Shown here piece after piece: positions 22,501 to 36,642 of a DNA stretch of 64,000 nt. This DNA comes from Antedon mediterranea (Eukaryota; Animalia; Echinodermata), in assembly GCF_964355755.1 (NCBI RefSeq), contig NC_092670.1:15548795-15612794 (forward strand), given 5' to 3'. The position numbers and the translations under genes were made by a program. Position 1 is the stretch's first letter; each line of letters starts with the position of its first letter. The notes under the pieces were generated by a model. The model searched no databases. It worked only from the letters and a program-made list of their open reading frames with translations, and had not been told where the DNA came from.

Positions 22501-25500
22501 GTACGAAAAGGGAGACCCCACTATACGAAAAGGGAGACCCCACTATACGAAAAGGGAGACCCTAATATACGAAAAGGGAGACCTAAATATACGAAAAGGG
22601 AGACCCAATTATACGAAAGGGAGACCCAAATATACAAAATGGGAGGCCCAAATATACGAAAAGGGAGACCCACTATAAGAAAAGGGAGACCCACTATAAG
22701 AAAAGGGAGACCCCACTATACGAAAAGAGAGACCACACTATACGAAAAGGGAGACCCTAATAATATACGAAAAGGGAGACCCAAATATAGGTCTCCATTT
22801 TCGTATTGGGTCTCGTTTCAGGTCTCTGGTCTCGGATCTCTAGTTTCGAAACACCCGTTAAAAACAATTTCATTTTTACAGAAACCGGTCCTATATATTT
22901 GTCTACTTTTGGATGGGGGGGGGGGGTAGTTGACCGGGGGTAGTTGACCGGGGGGTAGTTGTCCGGGGGTTTGTTATCCTAAGGGGGTAGTTGTCCTAAG
23001 GGGGTAGTTGTCCGGGGGTAGTTGTCCTAAGGGGGTAGTTGTCCGGGTGGTAAACATCCGGGGGGTAACTGTCTAGGGGGTAGGTGTCCTAGAACCGAAA
23101 AGGGAGACCCCCTATACGAAAAGGGAGACCCCACTATACGAAAAGGGAGACCCTAATATACGAAAAGGGAGACCTAAATATACGAAAAGGGAGACCCAAT
23201 TATACGAAAGGGAGACCCAAATATACAAAATGGGAGACCCAAATATACGAAAAGGGAGACCCACTATAAGAAAAGGGAGACCCACTATAAGAAAAGGGAG
23301 ACCCCACTATACGAAAAGAGAGACCACACTATACGAAAAGGGAGACCCTAATAATATACGAAAAGGGAGACCCAAATATAGGTCTCCCTTTTCGTATTGG
23401 GTCTCGTTTCAGGTCTCTGGTCTCGGATCTCTAGTTTCGAAACACCCGTTAAAAACAGATGATTTCATTTTTACAGAAACCGGTCCTATATATTTGTCTA
23501 CTTTTGGATGGGGGGGGGGGTAGTTGACCGGGGGGTAGTTGACCGGGGGGTAGTTGACCGGGGGGTAGTTATCCTAAGGGGGTAGTTGTCCTAAGGGGGT
23601 GGTTGTCCGGGGGGTAGTTGTCCGGGGGGTTGTTATCCTAAGGGGGTAGTTGTCCTAAGGGGGTAGTTGTCCGGGGGGTAGTTGTCCGGGGGGTAGTTGT
23701 CCTAAGGGGGTAGTTGTCCGGGTGGTAAACATCCGGGGGGTAACTGTCTAGGGGGTAGGTGTCCTAGAACCATATAGCCTATGTGCAGGCCTGTACTACA
23801 CTGTGATTGGACCATTCTGAGGGTCCAGCTAAGAAATACCCAGACAACCCCCCATCATAACAACCCAATGTACAGTACTACTGTACTCATCTTAAAACTC
23901 ATCTCAAACCAACTCTAAACAAATCATTCACAAAGTAGTTGAAAAATATATATAAAGTAAGTATGATAATTTATTTAATATCCTGTAGGGCTGTTTGCCA
24001 GCATGCTTTATAAGCACTATAGCTGCAGATTGGTATCCATGGTTGGTGGATTGATAATTGGAATTGGCTTTATTCTAACGTCTGTTGCCAGAAACGTCTT
24101 CCATTTATTTTTGTTCGTAGACATATTAGCGGGTACAGTATTCATTTATTTTTACCCTTAAATATCTTTCAAGAGAGTAATCCCTCCAGTTTGACCCATG
24201 TACTGTACACCTTAACACACCCTGGAGGAGGGACGGGGTTACCCTGGGGTAGGGGCATTGGTTACCCTGATTTATTTTTTTCAGTCCCTGTCATTATGAA
24301 CCGAAAATTGAACGCCATGGCAGCTCAACACAAAAGGACCCTAGGGAAAAATGTTCACTTTGTTAGAACAAATTATGTTGTTGAAAAACATCAAAAAGGT
24401 TAACATATCAAATATATGGCAATAAATTACACACTTTACACTCAGATATTCAAAATGCATTAGGATTATGTGACATGTTTTTGGAAAGTTTCCATTTTTT
24501 TTTTTAGTTGACAGTATTTGTTTGAAATGTACTATTGTGATTTGTTTGTTCTAGGTATTGGTATTGGCCTCGCTGGTAACCCCATGGTAGTGGTAATAGC
24601 CCACTATTTTGACAAGCAGTATGCGACCGCGAACGGTTTTGCGATGGCGGGAGTTGATGTCGGGCTAGTAGTTCTGCCACCTTTGACAGATTATATATCA
24701 AGCGCATACGGTTGGAGAGGCGCACTTCTAATACTTGGTGCTGCCACTTTGAACGTTACTGCGATGGGAGCACTATTCCGTCCTATTCCTAAAATCAAAG
24801 AAGGGATTCCTGATCAAGAATATGATGAATTAAATCCAGTTTCAGCAGATCTTCCTGATGATGCTGAAAATAATGATACAATCACAAAACATACGGAAGA
24901 TCAAACAGATGTTATATTAGATGATTCTGATCAAATAACAAAGGCACCCGTAACAGAAGCGGTGTTAGAAAATGAAAATTTTTTAAATTCAAGAACAACA
25001 CCAAATATGGTAGCTTTTGACACGGAAGAGTTGGACACTGTATCTCGCATAAAAATTCCCGTTCTTCAAAAAGTTGTAAATACATTAGATCTACACATTT
25101 TTAAAATACCAAAATTTTTAGTACTAATGCCTGTAACCATGATCGTGGCTTCAGCCAATTCCGCCATCTTGGCTCATATTGTAGCTAGGGCCATCTCCGA
25201 TGGGATTTCCCCGTTCTTTGGATCTTTACTCCTTTCTGGAATCGGTGCTACTAGTATGATAGCACGATGCACACATGGGTTTATTATTGACAAAGAAATA
25301 ATGTCAGCGTCGCGGTTGTACACCATAGCTCTAATTCTTGGTGGTGTGTTCACATTTCTTTCCTTGTTTTGTAATAGCTTCCCAACCTTTTTGACATACA
25401 CTTTGTTTTATGGAGCTGTGAGTGGGATATTTCAGTGTGCTTCTATACCTATAGTAAAGAGTACTGTGCCCTCCCGGATGCTGGGCGGAGCCGTTGCATG

Positions 25501-26113
25501 GTTGTTTATTTTTAGAGGACTTGGTGGATTCTTAGGTGGACTTATTGCAGGTAAGAGTAAACTGATTATTTATTAGCTTCTAGCATTGTACAATTGAAAG
25601 TAATTCATATTTTTATAATGTATTGAATTTGTTATTTATTGTTTTTTAACCCTATTAGGGTCCCTTTAATAGGGCTGTTCCCTGAATAGTGGGTGGCCAT
25701 TGGTTTCATTTCATATATTTTGCCTCAAATCATTTTGAGGCCAACCACCATTGCAAGAACCCTGCATGGACAAAAAATAAGAAACAAAAACCAACCAGAC
25801 AGAGAAATTGTCCATTAATTGAGGTGTCTAAATAGGCGTGTCCCAAATGTTATATATAACTGTGTATATGCTATATTTACTAAATACTAATAATGATTTT
25901 TTGATGTTTTATGATTGTTCTATTAATTTTATAGGTACATTGTTCGATGCTACAGGCAACTATACCTGTTCGTTTATAGTTATTGCTGGATCTTTTATGA
26001 CGTCTGCCTTATTGATGATCTTATTCTCGTACTCGAAGGGACGTAAGAAGCGTCGTGATTCATTAATGCTAAGTCCGGTTGAACTTCACGTACGGGAATG
26101 TACAGGTCTTTGA
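19559..26113 (+). CDS. SLC16 monocarboxylate-transporter family MFS protein, paralogue 1. Exons 19559-19781, 23989-24132, 24555-25550, 25935-26113
   Basis: YW..VVLFGAH TM1 region; YFDKQYATANGFAMAG and YGWRGALLILG SLC16 signatures; long acidic central loop; GGLIAGTLFDATGNY. Splice phases are consistent. Confidence 0.92.
21186..21384. mobile_element. hAT-like MITE with an intact 8-bp TSD
   Basis: TTTATAAG duplicated at 21178-21185 and 21385-21392; TIR CAGT(T/G)GC(G/A)TAATG. Confidence 0.85.
21471..23771. mobile_element. Foldback/MULE-like non-autonomous element with long arrays of ~15-bp sub-terminal repeats
   Basis: (CCCCCGGACAACTA)n on the left arm and the inverted (TAGTTGTCCGGGGG)n on the right arm; 9-bp TSD ATATAGCCT at 21462-21470 and 23772-23780. 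Confidence 0.85.
22414..22856. mobile_element. Second MULE-like element nested in the first, with an internal (TACGAAAAGGGAGACCC)n array
   Basis: TIR GGGTGTTTCGAAACTAGAGA / TCTCTAGTTTCGAAACACCC; 9-bp TSD GTTAAAAAC at 22405-22413 and 22857-22865. Confidence 0.88.
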
Positions 26114-26280
26114 AAGAACATTGCAGCTTAAATACCACAATAGATGTATCTACTGTGCTTGATTGTTTTTTAAATTTTTATTATGTTTAACATTTGCAAA
26201 GCACAATGACTTAACCAATGTATTTTTTCATATCATAAACAATTTAAAACATGAAACTGTACTTATATCCAGGCTTTGCA

Positions 26281-26700
26281 GAACCTCTCACACCCCACTA
26301 GAAACCCCATGCCCCACTAGAAACCCCACACCCCACTAGAATCCCTTACACCCCTCTAGAACCCCTCACACCCCACTAGAATCCATCGCACCCCTCTAGA
26401 ACCCCTCACACCGCACTAGAATCCATCACACCCACTAGAATCCATCTCGCCCCACTATAATCCATCGCACCCTCTGGAACCCCTCACAGCCCACTAGAAT
26501 CCATCACACCCACTAGAATCCATCACACCCCACTATAATCCATCACACCCCACTAGAATCCATCACACCCACTAGAATCCATCTCGCCCCACTATAATCC
26601 ATCGCACCCTCTGGAACCCCTCACAGCCCACTAGAATCCATCACACCCACTAGAACCCCTCACACCCCACTAGAATCCATCACACCCCACTAGAATCTCC
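26281..26700. repeat. C-rich ~20-bp minisatellite downstream of the SLC16 paralogue 1 stop
   Basis: About 20 copies of CCCCACTAGAATCCATCACA-like units. Confidence 0.95.
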
Positions 26701-28214
26701 CATGTCTCACGCACATCCCACCGGTACCCTAAAAAAGATTCATATAGTATTTAATTCTTGGGTTTACTGTTTTTTTTTCTGGTCATTTGCGTACCAGAAA
26801 GCATCAAAGACCTTTGCTTTTAGAATCCCATATAGCCCATCACAAAAGGATTGCTGTAGGCCCTCTGGGAGATCAGTCTTTGACTGAAGAGGTCACCCAG
26901 TATAAAGATAAAACAAACAAACAAAGGCCTGTGGCAGTCATGCTATTCACACAGAAGTCATTGAACAAAACCTTTGGAATAAGAGACAAAGAAAAAACCC
27001 AAAGACTTTACTTAACATATTGTTATAACTAAGTATTTTTAAAAGAATTAAATAGAGTACATTCTAGTATACTATACTACTAACTACTACAGTTCATGAA
27101 CTGTAATATATTTTTATAATGACTATAATATTAAAATATTGTATTTTAGTAAAAATCTGTATTTTTGTTACAAAAAAATAAGACTATAAATATTTTATTT
27201 TTATTATAGAATTATTTTTCTTTTTTCGTAAAAGTATTATTTTCTTTCATTACTTTCTGCAATAATTATGCTTCCGCAACTTAATAACTTTTGCACAATT
27301 ATATAAGTTTAAATTGTATTCACTGTTCTGTTTACAAATATATTGTACAATGTATTCATCATGTCTATACACAAAACGGTAGTTAATTATCCTGAGTTGA
27401 AATACTTTTGTTTATAAGAACTATAGTAGAACCACTATTAACGGGACATCTTCAAAACAAAGTGTTGACTCTTGAATAGGATTGGCTCTAAGTGCCCCTC
27501 TTGCATTTTATGGGGAATTTGGTTGGTTTGGTGTCCCAAAATAGAGGGTCTACTGTACTACTATGTATTTTTGTATTGATTGGTCGGTTATGGGTTAATA
27601 GTATTTGTTCTTGTTGGGCTCATGTATATTACTGAAAGCATTTATAGTGTTGTTTTATTATTAAACACTTTTGCCCTGGTTAAGGTGAACCTACTTTATT
27701 TTAGGTCATTATATACTTCCTGTAATATGCTTAATAACATGTTGTGTTTTTTAAATTAGCTTTAGATTTAATACTAATACTGTCTACAGTATATGTAATA
27801 TTTATTGGGTCACATTTATGTCTTTTTATTTTGATGTATTATACATTGTAATACTGTATACATTTCTGCTCAGGTGTACTTTTCAGCCCTTTTATATTCT
27901 CATATAGGCCTAGGCCCATGTTTTTAATTCAATGTTTTTAAAAAAGTATTTCATTTTAAAAGTCATGCTAATATATTTTCAATAAAGAAATGCATAACCC
28001 AGAGCCGTCGTTGTTGTCGTAATTCGTAGGTCCTTCTAGGTCGTCAAAAATTGAAAGCTCCATATATTGACGAATGTTGTCGTAAGAAAACATGAGTTGG
28101 TATCTGAAAAGTGTGCCGGTCGAAGCCTAATTTACCGAAATGCAGTTTGCCGAAATTCGGTTTGCCGAAAGTAAACAAAATATATTTACTGCAGTAACTG
28201 TAGTAGAATAATTA

Positions 28215-28560
28215 TTCAATTCAATTCAATTAAAACTTTATTATCCCCATGGGGAAACTCTGTTGGCCTTTTAAAAAATACAGTACATACAAATATAAAA
28301 TGATTACAGTACATAAAATATAAAATACGATAAAAAAAAAAAGCCATACAAAATATACATATAAAATCCTAAAAAGTCGATTAAAATACTACAAAAAATA
28401 AAACTAGCGCATGTCATTCATTATATAATCGTATTGCAGCAGGGACGAATGAATTGTTTTATATTTCATATAATTTTTCTTTGAAGGAGTCTGTCACTAC
28501 GTTGACTTTTGTTAAATTTATAGTGCAGAGGATGAGCGTGACATGATCCCTTATAATTTT
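28215..28560 (-). mobile_element. Degraded LINE 3' end (Rex1/Babar-like)
   Basis: The minus strand encodes HPLHYKF...NSFVPAAIRLYN with frameshifts; tail TTCCCCATGGGGATAATAAAG followed by (ATTGA)n. Confidence 0.65.
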
Positions 28561-29464
28561 GAATTTTCATTCTCAAATATCATTTCTGCATTGAATCATG
28601 CAGGGATAAAATTGAAGTACAGTATTAAACTTACTTCGGTTTGTGTTCTAGTATGAACTTTTACCTCGCCCGTTTCCTTTTCCGAATCTTCCATCTTTAA
28701 CCGATAATAATAATATAATCTGTTGTTTGCTTAATCTCTATCAATCTGAGCACTATAGCGTATATAACAATGAAAACCAGTTTAATCGGTAAATCTCGCA
28801 GCATTGTTAGTATTTTGTACAAAACTGTTATTTGTGTCGTAAGAATTTAATTATAAAATCCTGCGGGGTCTGACAGAATATTACCCACTTAACAGAGTAT
28901 AGTTGGCAACTCAATGAATAAATCATTATTCAACATAATATCTTATCTTTATTAGTTAAATATCCGAAATGTATTATGAAACAATTGCCTGAACTTTAGC
29001 ATTTTTAAATGGCATTATTCAAACATTACTTTTAAGTGTACATTCAATCACACTCAAGCACTTAGGCCAGGTTAATGACATCGTTTTATTGCATCGGCTG
29101 GAAAACTATGGCTAAACACACGTTTATGTCGTCGATGATCCATGTCTATAACTATTGGCCTCTAAGATTGAAATTGTTTCGATGTGGTTGTTGTAGAGAT
29201 TACCTAAAAATAATCTAGTTAAGAAGTCTATGTTACATGTTTTTTGTTGAGGGCCCATAAAATCGGCTTACGCTGATTTGTCACCCTTTTTTGTAATTTC
29301 ACTTAAAACTGAAATTATGAATACTGTATTAAAATTATGTTTAGGCTATAAGTAGGAATAACATATTTGAATAAATATTAATACTGTAAATGGTTTAGTG
29401 TATAGTGGGTGAAGGGTTATGGTTAGAACGAACCTACCAACGTACGAGAATCGAGTGTTTCTTA

Positions 29465-29720
29465 TTCCCGAATGACATTTCAAATGTCATGTTGGCTCAA
29501 GATGTCTCTTTGCCCGAATAACATTTCAAATGTCATGTTGGTGTCTAAATGTCCCTTTGCCCAAATGGCAGTTCAAATGTCATGTTGTCTAAATGTCTCT
29601 TTGCCTGAACGACAGTTCAAATGTCGTGCTGGTTTTTAAATGTCCCTTTGTCCGAATGACACTACAAATGTCATGTTGGACACTGCAAATGTAATTTTCC
29701 CGGAATGACACTGGACATAT
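29465..29720. repeat. Diverged ~43-bp tandem repeat
   Basis: CCCGAATGACATTTCAAATGTCATGTTGG...AAATGTCCCTTTG repeated about 6 times. Confidence 0.85.
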
Positions 29721-30429
29721 CATATTGGTTTTTAAATGTTCCTGATGCTCTAGAGATGACACTGCAATGTTTATTTGCCTTATCTCAACGAATTGCGTAA
29801 TGTATTCAACCACTTTCCCCACATAAGGTATGATGTGTACTTTGAACCTTGTCAGTAAATTAAGTTCTCGAAATATGTGTACCGTACTATATACCACCAA
29901 AGAATTAGCCGTTGCAGGAAGCTTCAATGTGTTCTGTGTGTGAGTTCATTTTGCATTTTTTTATTTATTCATCTATTTTTCTTGTTTTAAAAGTTTCCTT
30001 TTAAAATACAGTGTTTCTCTGTTTGTAATGATTTGAAGTCCACTGACAGATGTAGCAAAAGTTTGTAATTTGTAAGATTTTTAGAACGGTCGTTTTGGGC
30101 CTGGTAAAATCCTTGACTTAGGTCTATACAAACTTAATGTAAAATGTAGATGTGGGGGAATAGGCCTAACCTGTTTCTAGTATAATTGTGCTGATTGTGC
30201 TAAGTGTGTGGACGACACATCAACATTCGTGTCGTAAAGCAGCCATTAAAACGGTGTTTGTTTGTCCACAACGACAGGGGCTAAGATATAAAATACCCGT
30301 AATGTATACCTCCGACCGGTGTAATTAACCCATAACTCTTCCGAAAGATGGACTGTTAATACTATATACTAATTGAATGATCTTTATAGATATTTTGAAT
30401 GACGAACATGACATAACACTAAAGAGAGC

Positions 30430-33400
30430 ATGAAGAAGTCTCACAGAAACGTTCCAAGTTATTGGAAATTCGCAGTTGTGTTCGGATCTCACGTGGGCCA
30501 TCTTCTCAGCATCGGATTGCTCAGAAGTTTAGGTGTCTTTTTTGTTCGCTTCCAAGGCGAGTTTAAAGCGAGTTCAGGATTGATGGGAACGATCACAACA
30601 CTGCCTTATCCATTTCTGTGTATAGCAGGTAAACACGTTATCATATCGGAAATTTAGATTGAGTGCAGTACATAATAATAATTATATTTATTAAATGCCG
30701 TGAATGACGAAGGTGAGAGTTGGAGTAGGCCTACGTGGAAGTAAAGGGAGTCTGAGTGAAAAGTAGGTGATTCGTGGTGGCGGAACGATGAAACGGTTAT
30801 AAGACCGTAGGCCACTACAGTCATTTTATATTAGGTATTCTATTATTAAGTATACACATCTTAAAAACTATTCACTTTCCTACACTATAGTCAGTTGCTT
30901 AACAGATATATTTGGGAAATATGCTAAATTTCAGATTTCTCGTAGCTTTCAATATTTCGTCTAGAGGTAGGCCTATAGATTTTGTTCTCCGTTCTCGAAG
31001 ACTGATCGTACCTCTAAAAACAATGTGTTTGACATTGACAATGTTGTCTGAATCATACCATCATTGCTTACTACATTATTGATAACAATTTGTTCTCACT
31101 ATCTGTTTCAGGACTAGCTGCGTCTATGTTATGTAAACGATATTCACACAGGAGTGTTTCCATGATTGGTGGGGTATTTATGACTGTTGGCTTGTTTCTA
31201 ACATCCTTTTCCACCAACATCTTTCAACTGATTTTATGTATTGATGTTTTGACAGGTAGGTTTAATTTATATTTCATATGCCATGTGCCCAAATAAATTA
31301 AAACCGCGAATTCAGTTTTATAAAATTCTTGTCTTGTTTGTTTCATGACATTCGTGTTTTCGATAAATCTCTTTAGGGTTTTTGTAATGTTACGTCGCAC
31401 TTTGCAATACCTATCGAACTCCAAAACAAAATTGCCACACTGGCAGAGTGCAACGATTATTATAAGTGCGACGTAACAAACCGTACCGAATACAGTGTCA
31501 TTCAGAAAAAAAGATACGATCTAATGCAGCCGATTCTTGTTCGTTATCATGTCTACCAACAATATTAACACACAGTCTGTAGTGGCCTATAGTTGATAAC
31601 ACTTGTGAAAAAGAGTGTCTGGTCAGGAAGCTATCCCATGGGATGAGGATTGCTGTCAGAAGATGCAATATGCCTACTGCATGCTGTGTTTTGTCGTAGA
31701 CATGGAACCGTATGTGCATCACCATAGTGTAATTATGTCAGTCAACGGGTAAGGAGCTTTTGATTTACGACGACCGACCAACCTGGATCGAAAATAGTTC
31801 ACGTTCCAATCCCAATTAACATGACGTATGTAGCTTGGTCGTCGGTCGTCAAATCGAAAGCTCCCTATCCTTTCGTCACGTCCAGTTAGTGTGCGTTGCT
31901 TATTTTATTTAAGGTGAAGATATTGTTACTTCAATTTGTGTCTGAATTGCAATTATTTTCGTAGGAATTGGTATTGGACTCGCAGTTAATCCTTGTCTTC
32001 TGGTGGTTGCACAATACTTTGATGAGAAGTATGCCACTGCCAATGGTCTTGCTATGGCTGGAGCAGACACTGGCATGTTTATTCTGCCGCCATTAGCTGA
32101 ATATCTTTCTGTACGGTATGGATGGAGAGGCGCCATGGTTATTCTAAGCGGTATTTGCATGCATGTTATAGCAATGGGTGCATTATTCCGTCCCAATACC
32201 AAAACGAAAAACATTTCTAACAACATAGGCCTACAAGAACATAATCTGGAAGATATCAACACCGAAAATAAGATAAAAAATGACAACGATATATATAATA
32301 CTAATGATCGTTATGTTGACAATAGCTTAAATAATGGTAGCCCAACAGAATCTTGTACTGTGTATGATGCTGTTCCTTCTGAGGATGCCAAACAAGATGA
32401 GACTATAGATTCTGTCACACAACAAAAGACGCATGTTTCAAATATACGAAGGTTTCTCAATTCTATGGATCTTCCAATATTTTCAATATCAAAATATCGT
32501 TTTCTTTTGCCGATCACCTTAATAGCTGGAGGAGCCAACACCGGGATGGTGTCGCATATTGTCGCAAGAGGTATCTCTGAAGGCGTCGATCCGTTTGCAG
32601 CCACATTCCTGCTATCAGGTGTCGGTGTCACAAGCATGATAAGTCGAGCCACTCATGGCATGATCATCGATCGGGGGATAGTGTCAGCCGTGCGTCTCTA
32701 CACACTGGCACTTGCCATCATTGGCATCTTGACGTTGCTTTCTTTGCTTTGTAATAGCTTCGCTACATTTCTCATCTACACTGTGTGCTTTGGGATGGTA
32801 AGCGGCATATGCCAGTGTGCGTTTGTTCCGATCGTGAGGGCCAGTGTTCCTTCACGTATGCTGGGCGGGGCTATTGCATGGTTGAATCTCTTCAGAGGAT
32901 TTGGTTCCTTATTAGGTGGATATATATCAGGTAAGAAACTCATAATAATATAGAGAGCTTTTGTAACGACCTATGACCGGACGGATGGATGTAATATCCA
33001 CATTATTACCGTAAGTTTCTTTGGCCAAGGCCGACCCTTTGGTTGACTGTGTCCAGATGATGACCTTTGGATGACTGTGTCCAGATGATGACCTTTGGAT
33101 TTACAGAGCTAACGACCAACTGGACAATAATAACGGTATTAATGTATATACGTTATATTCCTCCAAATCGCGCGGCAGATTGAATGCTCTTAACTGTTTG
33201 GTGACCAGGCCATTTTAAGTGTGCACAGTGTATGGGGTGCAGTACACAAGTAATCCAACCCCAAAGAACTTTTGTGCAAATGCGCAATCGTGTTCAGAGT
33301 TATCAAGTTGTTTGCCATTTGGACGCAACAAGGACGCAAGCGCACCGCATTAATGTTAAATATTCAATAAATAAATCATTAAATTAAAGTATATTTTTGA

Positions 33401-33689
33401 CCAATCCCAACGCTATGGACCATCCGAACTTCTGTCGCTTTGATCAACTCGCGTTGCGGCTAATAATTATACTTTTTTGTTTCTATTACACCTTGTGTTT
33501 TATTGTCTTCCAGGTGCGCTATATGATGCCACAGGAAATTATAATTGCTCATTTGCGGTGGTTGGTGGGGCATTTTTGATTTCTGCTGTTTTGATGATTG
33601 GTTTCTCGTACAGCAAAGGACGCAAAAAGCGCCGCGAGTCACTGATGGCAAGCCGCCTGGAACAACCCGTTATACTTTTGGAAATTTGA
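30430..33689 (+). CDS. SLC16 monocarboxylate-transporter family MFS protein, paralogue 2. Exons 30430-30628, 31112-31255, 31965-32930, 33514-33689
   Basis: Same exon layout and motifs as paralogue 1 (YFDEKYATANGLAMAG, YGWRGA, VPSRMLGGA, DATGNY, SYSKGRKKRR). Confidence 0.92.
31752..31866. mobile_element. Small MITE
   Basis: Imperfect inverted ends GGAGCTTTTGATTTACGACGACCGACCAA / TTGGTCGTCGGTCGTCAAATCGAAAGCTCC; a similar end occurs at ~28040-28062. Confidence 0.6.
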
Positions 33690-35281
33690 AACTGTCGTCC
33701 ATTTTTTTTAAATAAAAACATTGGGTACTTAAAAAACATAACATGATCCATATTGTATTTGTAAGCCCGAACCATTGGCTGCCACAAACAGTTCTTACCA
33801 CGGACCGATTTTATACAGGAGGCCTGACCAGTTTTGGCACCAAAAATGGTTTGGCAGTTTTAGCAGAAGCTACGATTTGACCCTTGACCGACTAGGCGTG
33901 ACATAACCAAATTGGTAGGGCGGTTGGGTTTGAAAAAATGAAACACTTCCAAATGACTTTAAATATCGTCACATGTCGTTAGGTGAATTTTATATAGGCC
34001 CACCCGTGTTAAGGCTATTTTTCAAAATCACAGTGGAAATGTGATGGTTTTGCAAACTTAAATGTGATATATTCATTTACCATATACCACGTGAGTGTCT
34101 CTTCTTTCATTTTGTCGTCTAAAAATCTTTACATCATCTACGTGTATTATAGTGATGTCATGTAGGCGCTAATGCTCCTTTTATTCCCGGATCATCTGAA
34201 AAAGACAGTAAGTGATGTCAGACTATTTCCTTATTGTAGTACGTACCGTAGTGTATAATGGGTCGTACTGTTTGAATGCCTTAGAAATACACAGTGAAAA
34301 GGGCAATCAAATAGGAAGATAAAAATTCAATTTTATGTACCATATATAAGTTATACAGACAATAAAGATATCAATGCAACTCTTGACCAGGAGTCAAATC
34401 TTTTTAAACTGTTGACAATAAATGTAAATTTTAGGCCTACTGTCATCATAGTGAGGCTTAGAATAGATCCTCGTTGTGAATAAATAATGTACCCAATGGA
34501 CAAATTAATAAGTGATTATATTGTATATATATGATTTACTATACTATTATAATATAACAATTAAAATTGTATCGGCCCGTTAATATAGGCCCGTTAATAT
34601 AGGCCATGCCAATGTATCGTGACAAAAATAGACTCACTATCCTACCTAACGCTAGAGGGGGTACTTTTAGTTTTGTTGTGTTGCTGGTTGCTGCTGTTTA
34701 CAACTTTACAGTATTTATAAACAGTGGTGGTGTGTGTGTGGCGAAGAATCGTTTTTTAACTTGTTGAGGAGTAAGTAGGTGCTGTTCAAAATTTGGATCA
34801 CTAAATGTTAACAATTGCGTAGGTTAAATATCCGCATAGTAAAGGTTTGTTCATTTGCATCGATGCCTAGGCTAGTTTGATTAAAGTTGTTTTAGTTTAG
34901 GCCCTAGCTTCACGTCGAGGCGCAGGCCAGTTCTACCACATCACACCCGCCCCCACCACCACAGCAGGTAATTCACAACAGTTAAGGGATGGTACTACCT
35001 TCTACTACTCTAGGCCTACTAGTAGTTTTGGCCCTATTTAGCCTAAATTTAGGCTGTCTTATAAAGCGCCTGCCCGGTTTCTTCTCTAGTTAGTAGGATA
35101 GGTCAATACAGTTTACAAATACACAGTAGCATCTGATAATAATTTAAATTCAGACTCTGATCTGATCAATATTTTCTGCCTATTATTATTGGTGTAATAT
35201 GATACTAAACAAGTATTTGTCTACGTCTCTCTATAATAATGCTTGACTGTATATACAGTATATGAAATGTATTGATGATTT

Positions 35282-35475
35282 AGGAACCATGTCAAAATTA
35301 TTCTACTATAATTACTGCAGTAACTACATTTTGTTTACTCTTTAACCTGTTTATACAAACACATTCTTTATTAATTATTGACTTGTACATTGGAAAAAAA
35401 AATATAAATCATTAATATTGTTGCAGTAAAAGGTATAGTTACTGCAGTACCTAACACAATTTTGACATGATCCCT
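35282..35475. mobile_element. MITE family with AGG(G/A)A(T/C)CATGTCAAAATT ends. Fragments also at ~20400, ~54330 and ~63395-63450
   Basis: TIR plus internal TTACTGCAGTAAC palindromes recurring at dispersed sites. Confidence 0.65.
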
Positions 35476-36642
35476 CAGTGCCTTATTATGTAGCGCATGC
35501 TTGAGATAATGCTTTATAGCCTCAAGGTACTGATCTCTACTAAAATTTTTTTAAATGCAATAAATTAAGAATAGATAATTACCATATAGTACTTAAATAT
35601 TAGGTATTATCTCATAAAGTTGTATTTCATTTTATCTCTATAGTATTTAAGAATTAACATCCATAAAGTAACAATGACAATATGGATATGTGTATGCCTA
35701 CATCTAACAGAACAGTACACTAGTTAATGCCTAATTAAACAAAGTTTATATGTTGTAAGAAGGCATCACTGCACTCTATCATTAGGAATAATCATGGAGG
35801 AAATATATATATATTTATCAAGTGTATTATACTATAATATGGAGTCTTCCTGATCATGACTAACAACAAACCTACAATTACTAGGTTGTTTGAGTACAAT
35901 GTGCATACATTCTGTCCTTTGTATAATGTTAAGTTTCACCATATTTAGTAAATACCTTCCTTGACAGAAAAGAAAGACTAATCCACTTTCATAACCACAA
36001 TATGAAATTTGGTTTCCTGTTCCTGCTATATCCTTATAAAAAATATGTTATAAATTGACAGAATTTATTTATTTCAAGAGTGTAACCTAGCCAACATGAG
36101 CTGATTTTTGGGGCTCTCAACCAAAATATAAAATATAAGTATTTTAAAACTCCATAACAGATTACTATACTAATCTTGTGAGATTTCTTTAATACCAAAA
36201 GTGCCATTCATATAAGACACAGAGATAGGGATATTTATAATTTTGTATGACATTTGCCATTGTCTCAAAATATACAGTATATTTAAGATGGCATTTCAAA
36301 ATAGTGTTTGGCAGATTAGTACAATGTTTTATGACAACCACAAAATATACCTCTTTCATTTTGCCTCGTATAGCAAAACTGTACAGGTTACAGTGAGTTA
36401 AGTCTCCCTCCACTATCAAACTTTATGTGACAAAAAATGAATGATGGTGATGTGATATTACTACTAGTACTATAGTCTATTTCATGTTCATTTCAACCAA
36501 CACTGATCCAGAGGTTTGCTACTGCAGCTTATGTGAAAGGAGTAACAGTAGACGAATAAACTAGTTCTAGACTTTTAAATTATTGTGCTGCAAAATACGT
36601 AATTCAGACAATAATATGGAATGTTTTTTTTTTTTTCAGATC

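Noticed and set aside
22450-23400. Regular TACGAAAAGGGAGACCC array and ORFs 22639-22929 / 23230-23523
   Set aside because: These are internal repeats of a TIR element with a TSD; the ORFs are translations of the repeat.
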